From positions 8,241,812 through 8,305,811 of the forward strand of contig NC_092675.1 of assembly GCF_964355755.1 (NCBI RefSeq): a stretch of 64,000 nucleotides of DNA, given 5' to 3'. The notes under the pieces were generated by a model. That model searched no databases, had not been told where the DNA came from, and was given only the letters and a program-made list of their open reading frames with translations. The first letter of the stretch is position 1; every line of letters starts with the position of its first letter. Below are positions 1 through 9,683 of this stretch, one piece after another. The position numbers were made by a program, and so were the translations under genes. The DNA comes from Antedon mediterranea. Lineage: Eukaryota > Animalia > Echinodermata.

Positions 1-314
1 CGTAATTTATACCGCCACCTATCGACAAAATCGAATATCACGTGACGTTTATTAGACGGCTGTAAAACTAGGCCATCGACTCTAAGATTTCTTTTATGTT
101 TGACATACTGTACTTATTTTAACCGCTACACATCTCTGTGAATGCTCTGTTTTTTATATATACAATAATTTATTATGCGAGACACAGGCGCGGCTAGGAG
201 GCCATTGCGATTATTGAATTCCATAAAAGAAGTTTAAATAGTCTTAGTTTTACAGCCGTCTAATAAAACTCACGTGATATTCGATTTTGTCGATAGGTGG
301 CGGTATAAATTACG
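1..314. repeat. Inverted repeat pair (about 70-bp arms), MITE/foldback-like; left arm may extend beyond the window
   Basis: 1-70 (cgtaatttataccgccacctatcgacaaaatcgaatatcacgtg...ctgtaaaacta) is the near-perfect reverse complement of 245-314. Confidence 0.8.
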
Positions 315-322
315 CAATATTT

Positions 323-733
323 GACTGCATGACGATTGGTGTGTACTGCATGACGATTGGTGTGTACTGCATGACAATTGGTGTGTACTGCATGATGTTT
401 GGTGTATACTGCATGACGATTGGTGTGTACTGCATGACGATTGGTGTGTACTGCATGATAAATGTGAACGACGATTGGTGTGTACTGCATGACAATTGGT
501 GTGTACTGCATGACGATTGGTGTGTACTGCATGACGATTGGTGTGTACTGCATGACGATTGGTGTGTACTGCATGACGATTGGTGTGTACTGCATGACGT
601 TTGGTGTGTACTGCATGACGATTGGTGTGTACTGCATGACGATTGGTGTGTACTGCATGACCATTGGTGTGTACTGCATGACGATTTGTCTGTACTGCAT
701 GACGATTGGTGTGTACTGCATGATAAATGTGAA
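323..733. repeat. 21-bp minisatellite (tactgcatgacgattggtgtg)n in two runs
   Basis: About 18-19 near-identical units. Both runs end in tactgcatgataaatgtgaac (at about 469 and 733). This explains the overlapping repetitive ORFs in the track. Confidence 0.95.
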
Positions 734-1246
734 CTGAAGGCAGAGGAGGCGTTCCATAATTTTCTGCCAGGAAATTGCAAAGACCATGAGAGAAAATGGA
801 GATGAATGAAGAGTGTTTAACACGCCATCCAGGATTCGGAGAAGTCTGTTTAATGAGTGGGTGCTACAAGTAGCATACCTGTCATATAAACAGCAGTATG
901 GCGCAATGGCTGCTTTACCCCACACTAACGAAGAGTAAGTTGAGCTGCTCTATGTATAATACTAATACTAGGTGCAATATGCTTTCATTCCATTTTCTTG
1001 TATCTTGTTGAACATATTGTATTTTTACAGGAAATTTGTTATATTAAACCTGTAATTTTTAACAATACTTTCACAGGCAGTAGAGACATGTTGCATACAG
1101 GAACCTGGTGAGAATCTGTTGGGGCTACCTTGGTAGGGAAAATAGAGTTGTTCTCTCGTCATGTGCAGTGGATTCGAAGAACCTTCCCAAACCCAGAAGA
1201 CGATGGCTATACAGGCTGTAAATTAGGCAATATTGCAGATATTTAA
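701..1246 (+). pseudogene. KolX / P2X7 cytoplasmic ballast (Nanor)-like Cys-rich gene, 2 exons (~701-934, 1077-1246), frameshifted
   Basis: Manual translation across shifts gives WC..KC..FCQEI, ECLTRHPGFGEVCL, WVLQVAYLSYKQQYG, then a GT-AG intron, then Q*RHVAYRNLVRICWGYLGRENRVVLSSCAV/IRRTFPNPEDDGYTGCK. This matches the ballast/KolX pattern AYR..WG.LG...R..LP.C.V..IR..FP....YTG. Confidence 0.8.
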
Positions 1247-1274
1247 TTTTTTTTCAAGTTGTTATTTATATGCT

Positions 1275-1675
1275 GTTTATATACGTTTTACAGTACATTA
1301 CTGCATATGAAAGAAGTAAAAAAGTAACGGAAGACAATGCTATCCCTTGTTTATACGTTTTACCATAGAGATATTATAGTTCACTATAATATCTCTATGG
1401 TTTTACAGAACATTACTGTATAATATGAAAGTAGTAAAAAAGTAACAGAAGACAATGCTATCCCTTGTTTATACGTTTTCCATAGAGATATTATAGTTCA
1501 CTATAATATCTCTATGGTTTTACAGAACATTACTGTATAATATGAAAGTAGTAAAAAAGTAACAGAAGACAATGCTATCCCTTGTTTATACTGTATATAT
1601 TTATAAATTAAAATGAAAAAAAAATATCAAAAGACAATGCTATCTCTTGTTTATATACGTGCTACAGTACATTAT
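1275..1675. repeat. Degenerate tandem repeat (aagacaatgctatcccttgtttata...), two units carrying a 38-bp perfect hairpin
   Basis: The unit recurs at about 1331, 1449, 1566 and 1631. Hairpin ccatagagatattatagt-tc-actataatatctctatgg lies at 1363-1400 and 1480-1517. Confidence 0.85.
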
Positions 1676-1713
1676 GGAAGTAAATTGAAAAAAATGGTGG
1701 CTCTTGCTCTTGT

Positions 1714-2083
1714 CTACTTTGCAAACCATCATTTGTAATCTGAAATTGCAACATCTTTATCTGGCGGAACGAAGGTTGAGCACACAGGTGGTGATGGTGA
1801 ACTTAATTCAGGAATTGAATCCGAAGAATCTTTCTTGCCACTACTGCACAAGTATAATGTTTCTGAAATAAGCTCATCAACATAAGCTGTGGTTACAAAA
1901 TAAATTCAATTGTCAATAAATGAACAAAGTCATCAAACAAAATAGTATACAGGTTGTCAATCAAATTTTTTTGGCTTACCAAATGTTGCATCTGTCAATA
2001 ATTTCTGTAATTGTGTAGCCACCACTTTTTGCTCTTGGAAACACCATCTCTATCTTTTGCTGCTGCCCTGCCAGAATTTTCTC
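1714..2083 (-). pseudogene. C-terminal exons of a Kolobok-type transposase (exons 2083-1980 and 1886-1714)
   Basis: Minus-strand translation ENSGRAAAKDRDG/VFPRAKSGGYTI/KLLTDATF, then a GT-AG intron, then YVDELISETLYLC...SPSPPVCSTFVPPDKDVAISDYK*WFAK. This resembles the Kolobok transposase tail (NEN..R..A...G...FPK.K.G......TY.YV..L; PP....P.K..AI) and is convergent with the KolX-like gene. Confidence 0.7.
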
Positions 2084-2915
2084 CTAAGATACAAAATTGG
2101 ATAGTTGATATTTTTATGTTAACTTTTAATATGCTACACCAATAGTAAGTGTAAGGATAAATGACAATAGTAGTACTGTAAGTACCTGCTTAAAGATGTA
2201 TTGTTCCTTTGACTAATTCCCAAAAAATAAAAAATTAAAGATTTTGAAAAAAGGTGGCTCATTTTCAAGTATCATAATAATTATTAACTATCACCAAACA
2301 TTTTTCTTTTTAAATTGAGTCAAGTGATACAGGTATTGACTATAGTATGGCTATCTAACATAACATTCTAAAACTAAGTAACAATAAACATAATGCATGT
2401 AACAAAAACAAGATCTTCTACATTTAAATTAACTAATGATTACATCTTATTTCCCTTTTTCTTTCTCTCTCTTTACATCAGATGTGGTATCCAACATCAT
2501 GTGATTAGGATGTATTATTTTAACCAATCGTCCTATTTTAACTTCATACTTTCTTGGACCTGATACCTTTATTACTATGCCATTTAGACATTTGTCTTTT
2601 CATTTTCCTTGTGTTCTCGTGTTTTTCACTTTTACTTTGTCTGCCACTGAAAAGATTCTTTCCGATTGTGTTTTAGGATCTTTATGTAGTTTTTGGCTAT
2701 ATTGTTTACATTCTATTCGTTCTCAAACCAAATTTTCCTAGCTTAGAATCTGTTGTCGATTGAATAATATGTGATTTAATCTCTCCACTAATATCATGGA
2801 AATCACACTTATCAGCTTGTTCACGTAGTCTAATGTGATACACGTCAATTCTCTCACCTTTATTTTGCTGTAACTTTCTAAATTTCGATCTTTCAAATTC
2901 ACTGTTCGATGATGG

Positions 2916-3311
2916 TGTCATATTATTTATGTTGTGATTCTCTGTGTTTAGATAAGGATGCTTTAGACCAGGTCCGCCTAATATTATTAGCCAATCAATA
3001 TCGTATAATTTTTGGAGGGAAAATGTTATCCTCCTCTGAAGCCTAAAAGTTGCATGTCCAGTATAAAAGTGGAATGTAATAGATATTAAAAAAGAAGAGA
3101 GAATAAGATCAAAGTAGATAAACGGAAAGATGATAAAGAAAATAAGGCTTGTCTGGTAGTAAGATGTATTAATCGAGTTACAAGGAATAAAGTTCTAGTT
3201 GAGTTAAATATACTTTTTGTATGAGTTATCATTCAGTGACAGTGTACGTCGTCGTCGCGTGGAGTTATATACGCCTGAGAAAGCTCGGAACCAACTAAAA
3301 TAATCACTACA
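2916..3311 (+). repeat. 5' LTR of the Gmr1-like element
   Basis: Direct repeat of 8252-8642; tgtcat...cactaca. Confidence 0.95.
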
Positions 3312-3359
3312 TGGTGGCAGCGGTGAAAATTTTTGTTTAAGATACATGATATAAGTATC

Positions 3360-3390
<31 letters not shown>

Positions 3391-3817
3391 GACAGTGCCT
3401 ACTCTACGGGCCTGTTAAATCAGTAACCAAAAAGTTAAATGGTTACGAAGATCTGGATTCCTGACAGTTTTTATACCGTACCGTTGTAACGAAGAAGAAG
3501 TACTGTTGAGCTCAAGACTGCTGGATATTCATCGGAGATATATATTCACCGAGATCTGAAAGAAGAAGACTGAAGTAACAGAAGGAAGCCCAGTAAATGT
3601 TGAGAAGATTTGCAAAGCTGACTTTGTAAACTATTTTTGAAAGGAACGTTGTTTGTGACTTTGAAGTAAATTAATGTCTTATATTGTATTGCATTTAAAC
3701 ATTTATGTGGATTTCATATTTTTTACATATCTGAATGGAATCAAGGTAATACAAATACTTTTATAACATATTTTGTATACATAAGTTTACATATTTCATT
3801 AGTAAATTGTTATTAGC

Positions 3818-4686
3818 ATGACAACTTTAAGATCGGGTAAAAATATAGATAAGACTATGTCAGACAAAGATACTAGGGAAGATATGGTTGACCAAGAAGA
3901 GGTTGACCAAGTCAATGAAATATATGATAAAATGGATAGAGATATTGATTTGCCCGAAATACCCAGCGGTATGCCTAAAGATATGATACTCGAATATTTT
4001 CGAATGAAGTTCGAGGCCGAAAACAAAAAGTTAGAATTACAATACCAACAAGACCAATTAAGATTAGAAGCAGAGATAGGCCTAGAGCAAAGGAAAATTG
4101 AATCACAAGAAAGAGTGAAAATGATGGAATTAGAAAATAGGTCTAGCTACAGTAATGCTAGGAATATAGTAGATGAAATGAAGGTAAAGGTTCCTACTTT
4201 GAAGGAATCAGATGATATTGATATATATTTTAGAACATTTGAACACTTGGCAGAAGCCACAGGTTGGGATAGGAATACGTGGACCGCTAGGTTAGCACCT
4301 GAACTGTCTGGTAAAGCTAGGACAGCATATGCATCCTTAACCGTAAAAGAATGTGTAGATTATGATACCTTAAAGAAGGCAATCTTAGAAAAGTATGATG
4401 TGTCCGCAGAGACCTACAGATTTAAATTTAGAAATTCAAACAGAGTTAAAGATATGTCCATCAGGGAATGGCTGAATGAGCTCTCCCATTATTTAAAATG
4501 TTGGATGAAATGTGCTAATGTAAAAGAAGATGGTGCTGCAGGCATTATTGAAATGATTATAATGGAACAGGCACTTGATAAAATGCCTGAAGATCTGAGG
4601 CTTTATCTTAGAGATAAACAAGTAAATAAGAGCTATGATATGGCTCCTGTAAGGAGAAGGGACATAAAATAGGGGATTGTCCGAAG
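3818..4686 (+). CDS. gag: Gag with SCAN-like capsid domain (internally deleted; zinc-knuckle remnant out of frame)
   Basis: DDIDIYFRTFEHLA...W...LAPELSGKARTAY...ETYRFKFR..W...IIMEQALDKMPEDLRLYLRDK. The knuckle remnant CKEKGHKIGDCP at about 4648-4683 is in the pol frame. Confidence 0.85.
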
Positions 4687-7000
4687 ATGGTAGCAAAAGG
4701 AAAGACTAGTGACACTAAGAAGGGCCCGAATGGGAAAGATGGCTTAAGATGTGAAGGAATATCAGATAGACCCCAAGTAGTTATGGATAGTGTAGAAAAT
4801 AAAATGGAGAAGTGTACACTACCAGGAAAATTAGAAGGACAGGATATAACTATGCTGAGAGACTCGGGATGTACCCAGTCAGCTGTTAAGGAAAGTCTAG
4901 TGCCTAACAAATGTTACTTGCCAGGAAAATGGGTTACGTTAAGAGGTATAGGAGGCGATATTACCGTCCCCTTAGCTGAGATAGCTATAGAAAGTAAGAT
5001 AGTGACAGGAAAAGTGATTGTAGCCGTAATCGAAGGATTACAGAGGGACATGTTATTGGGTCATGATTTGGACCAGAATTGTGGGGAAACAATGGCTAAA
5101 GAAATGTTCGTCCTAACTAGGGAGCAAGCCAGAATAGAAAATGATGTTAGAATACAAGACGAAATGATATTGTTAGGGAAAGATAGTAACTTTAAGCCGA
5201 TAGAAGAGCCGCCTAAAGAAACTAATGTACAATTGTTGAAAACAGTAGTAAATGACAACAAAGTAAATAAAACTAAGTGTTTAGATGATATGAATGGAGC
5301 AGAAATAAATAATTTGTTTGACGAAAATGAGGATAAAGCTAAAGATAACACAGTCAAACGTAAAACTTATGAACAACAGCACAAGCTGAACCTAACTAAA
5401 CAAGAACTGATCAAATTGCAAACTAAGGATGACTCACTCAAAGGAGTGTTTGACAGGGTAGTCCCTATAGAAGAAATAGGTCAGCATAGAGTATGTTTCT
5501 TTATGAGACAAGGTATATTGATGAGAAATTGGAGTAGTATTAAAGATAAGAATAACCAAGTGGAACAGATTGTATTACCCACTCAGTGTAGACAGGGTGT
5601 ATTACACTTAGGTCATAATGTGCCATTTGCAGGTCACATGGGTGTTGAGAAAACTAAAAGTAGGATCCTGAACCAATTCTATTGGCCAGGTATATTTAAA
5701 GATGTGGTAGTCTATTGTAAAGTCTGTAAGGAATGCCAAAAGGTAGATAAGGGTAAAAGTAAAAGGAAACATACTTTGATACCATTACCGATTATAAGTA
5801 CACCATTTAAACGTATAGCGATAGACATTGTTGGACCCTTATCTAGAACAAGCCGTAATAACAAATATATGCTTACTATAATTGACTATGCTACGAGATA
5901 CCCGGATGCTATCCCGTTACCCAATGTTAGAGCTGAAACAGTAGCCAGGGCTCTAATAGAAGTCTTTACTAGAGTAGGATTACCCGAAGAGATTGTACAT
6001 GATCAAGGAACTAATTTCATGTCTTCAATTATGCAATCTATATGTAGTATGTTGGGGATTAATTAATTAAAGACTACAGTGTACCACCCCCAAAGCAATG
6101 GGCTTGTTGAAAGATTTCACGGTACATTGAAAAAATATGATAAGGACACTTACAGTTAAGCAAAGAAAAAATTGGGATAACTACATACCCCCCTTTCTGT
6201 TTGCATACAGAGAAGTTCCTAGTATTAAGCGACGGGCCATTCACCTTTTAAATTGCTTTATGGTAGAGAGGTGAGGGGACCCTTGAGTTTACTCAAAAGT
6301 AATTGGGTAGTAATTGATGTTATCAAATACATGTTAGACATAAGAGAAAAAATGGAGGAATTAATGAAAGATGCTAATGTAAACAAACTTGAACAACAAG
6401 AAATTATGTCCCACAATTATAACAAGAATGCTATTGATAGAGAATTTGTAGAAGGGGACAAAGTGTTGATATTCCTTCCAGTAGGAAATAGTAAGTTATA
6501 CAGTAAATGGCAAGGCCCCTTCACTGTTACAAAAAAGGTCAATGATGTAAATTATGAAATATACATAGGAGGTAGAAGAAAAGAAAAACAAATTCTACAT
6601 GTTAATATGTTAAAGAGATGGTATGATAAAGTAAAAATAAGTAAAGATGGTTATTATGTAGTAACAAATGTTCAGTCGATAGAAGAAGTAGACTTAAATG
6701 AAACAGTCCATGACAATGAGTTAGATAGTGAAATAGACATAGGATTGTCTTATCATCAATCACAAACATGGAGAGATGTTAACGTTAGTAGGAATTTAAA
6801 TGATACACAAACTAAACAATTAACAGAATTGTTAAAGTACCAACAGAATGTATTCTCGGATGTACCAGGTAGAACTCACTTAGTGACACATGAAATTAAG
6901 ACTAATGGTGAAATGCCTAAAAGGCATAGGGCATATAGAACGCCCCAAGCATTAAAGGGTAAATTGAAAGAGGAATTAGATAGTATGTTGGCTATATAGA
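4687..7000 (+). pseudogene. pol: Pol part 1: aspartic protease + integrase (stops/frameshifts)
   Basis: Protease LRDSGCTQS. Integrase HHCC (HNVPFAGH...CKVCKEC), DDE core IAIDIVGP / VHDQGTNF / NGLVERF, and a GPF/Y-type C-terminal WQGPF. A premature stop is at 6064. Confidence 0.9.
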
Positions 7001-8170
7001 ACCTACAGTTAGTGCCTATGCTGCACCTATTATTGCCCTGAAGAAAGGCCAGAATCAAATTAGAATGGTGACAGATTTTAGATCACTAAATAAGACTACA
7101 CAATTTGACCCTTATGTTATGCCTCGCATAGACGAAATGTTGGATGAGGTATCATCCGCAATATACATAACTACGTTAGATCTAACTAAAGGATTTTACC
7201 AGGTGCCTCTGGATCCTAAGACCAAAGACAAATCAGCATTTATTACACAATTTGGACAGTATTGTTACAATGTACTTGCATTTGGTATGCAAAATAGCTC
7301 TAGTACTTTCCAAAGATTAATGGATAAGGTATTACAAGGTACTGAGGGATATGCTAAGGCATATATAGATGACATATGTATTTATAGTCAAACTTGGAAA
7401 GATCATATTTTTCATTTGAATGATGTATTAGAAAGATTAAGTAGTGCTGGATTGACAGCAAAGCCTTTGAAATGTAAAATGGCCTATGCACAGGTAGAAT
7501 TTCTGGGGCATAAGATTGGTAATGGAGAAATTAGACCCATGATTGATAAGGTTGAGGCTGTGGAAAAGTTCCCCATACCTTTGTCTAAGAAACAAGTCCG
7601 ATTATTTCTCGGATTAACGGGCTATTACAGAAAATTTGTACAGAACTATGCCGATATTGCTAAGCCATTGATTGATTTAACTTTAAAGAGTAAAAGTAAT
7701 ACCGTTAAGTGGAATGAACAATGTGAAAATGCCTTTGTAACTTTAAAGAAACGACTTACTGATGATAATGTATTAAAAGCCCCAAATTTTGATAAGATGT
7801 TTGTATTGCAAACCGATGCCTCAAATTATGGCATACTGTAGGTGTAGTGCTGAGCCAAATAGATGGTGAGGGTAATGATTATCCCATTGTGTACTTAAGT
7901 AGAAAGTTATCTGTACATGAGCAGAGATATTCTGTGCCAGAAAAAGAGTGCCTCTCTATTGTTTGGGCTATCAATAAACTTAAGTATTATCTGTATGGTT
8001 GTGAATTTCAAGTTCATACTGACCACCAGGCATTGAGATGGATGGACTCAATGAAGGGTGCCAATGTTAGACTTATGAGATGGGCTCTGTTTTTACAAGG
8101 ATATAAATTTAAAGTTATTTACAAGAAAGGATCATTAAATGGAATTGCAGATGGATTAAGCCGTATATAA
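7001..8170 (+). pseudogene. pol: Pol part 2: reverse transcriptase + RNase H
   Basis: RT DFRSLN, LDLTKGFYQVP, FGMQNSSSTFQR, YIDD; RNase H LQTDAS, YLSRKL, EKECLSIVWA, TDHQAL, ADGLSR. Confidence 0.92.
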
Positions 8171-8251
8171 TAATATTATAGAGGTGTTAAAATGGTTTTA
8201 AATGTTAAATTTTTGGAAAGATTGACACAATCTTTTTCCCAAAAAGGGGAA

Positions 8252-8642
8252 TGTCATAGTATTTATGTTGTGATTCTCTGTGTTTAGATAAGGATGCTTT
8301 AGACCAGGTCCGCCTAATATTATTAGCCAATCAATATCGTATAATTTTTGGTGGGAAAATGTTATCCTCCTCTGAAGCCTAAAATTTGCATGTCCAGTAT
8401 AAAAGTGGAATGTAATATATATTAAAAAAGAAGAGAGAATAAGATCAAAGTAGATAAACGGAAAGATGATAAAGAAAATAAGGCTTGTCTGGTAGTAAGA
8501 TGTATTAATCGAGTTTACAAGGAATAAAGTTCTAGTTGAGTTAAATATACTTTTTGTATGAGTTATCATTCAGTGACAGTGTACGTCGAGTGGAGTTATA
8601 TACGCCTGAGAAAGCTCGGAACCAACTAAAATAATCACTACA
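8252..8642 (+). repeat. 3' LTR of the Gmr1-like element
   Basis: Direct repeat of 2916-3311, preceded by a PPT. Confidence 0.95.
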
Positions 8643-8726
8643 GATGATAAGAAGTAATAATTTTCAAAGCTTCTTTTGCCTGTACGTATGTCGTACCTTT
8701 ATTTGGTAGCATTTCAAATATGTTAA

Positions 8727-9342
8727 AGACCCCTTCCCTGCAATTTTGGACGTTTTTTGGAAAATAATACATATATATCACTTTAAAAACATTAAACCAT
8801 GTCATTCCTTGTCTTAAATGTACGTTTTATGGTAAATTATGATAAAAAGTGAGAAACAATGCACTACCCAAGTAGCTCGCGGCGATCGACCTCTCTTAGG
8901 CCTAGCCTAGCTAGGCTTAGTTTTGTAGGCCTAGCTGGTAAACATCGGTAACGTACGAACATCGTAAGCGAGCTATATACCTAGCCTGACGTTGTATAGT
9001 TGCTGCATTAATTGTCTTTCTATTTTTGCCAGACTCCGTTGATACAAATTGGGGAAAACCCGGTATTTTCGCTGAAAAGTTAGTAGTCTTCCATTTGTTT
9101 TGGCCTCACGATCGATCGAAAAGTGGGCGAATTACAGGTGAAAAACAAAAATATCAATCCGCGCGCAATGCATTTTGGGATTTATAGCGGGCCGCTATAA
9201 TGATTAGAATCGACTTATTTTTCACATTTTTAACCGTTTAAAGACGAAAAAAGTTATCGCAATAGGACCATATAGTATTATTTTTACATTAAATATAGTT
9301 TTTGATCTTAAATTAGATCTAAAAAACGTAGGGAATGGGGCT
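8727..9342. mobile_element. 616-bp TTAA-flanked non-autonomous DNA element (Kolobok-like)
   Basis: TTAA at 8723-8726 and 9343-9346, imperfect TIR agaccccttccct / agggaatggggct, AG...CT termini. Removing it restores the gag frame GPGNF|NIFEM. Confidence 0.8.
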
Positions 9343-9683
9343 TTAAAGTTACCTGGGCCAATGAAGTGTACTAGCAGTAGTGCTCTCTTCCTTACCTCAG
9401 CAGTCACGTTCACCGCCACTAAGTAGTTATCAAACCTGTCGATCCATCTCGCCCATTCTTGTATGGTTGGATCAAAATACTCCACCGATATGTCAAATTT
9501 AGACATTATTGCTTACTTATAATATTCACGGAGTTCACTTATCCACAATTCTCGTCGCCAATGTTATATATTGTGCTCTGGCAATGAATGATAACACTAA
9601 GTATTTCACTAAGAAATCAGATCATGTGCTAATGTTCAGCCATCTTGTAGAACTCTTTTATTAGTCTCCAATCCAGTCGTTAA

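Larger units (their letters stand above)
2916..8642 (+). mobile_element. Full-length Gmr1-like Ty3/Gypsy LTR retrotransposon (defective)
   Basis: LTRs at 2916-3311 and 8252-8642 (TG...CA, few differences). PBS tggtggcagcggtg (tRNA-Leu) at 3312, PPT aaaaaggggaa at 8241-8251, flanks gatgg/gatga. Domain order is gag-PR-INT-RT-RH. Confidence 0.95.

Noticed and set aside
260-925. Four overlapping repetitive ORFs (MQYTPIV, SCSTHQS, MTIGVYC repeats); also considered as a CRISPR-like array
   Set aside because: They arise from a 21-bp tandem repeat lacking stops in most frames. There are no unique spacers and the context is eukaryotic.
3359-3389. (GAA)n tract in the Gmr1 leader
   Set aside because: Simple microsatellite in a purine-rich LTR-element leader with no further structure.
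8198-8569. 123-aa minus-strand ORF
   Set aside because: Antisense to the LTR with no recognisable motif; the other LTR copy differs by an indel.
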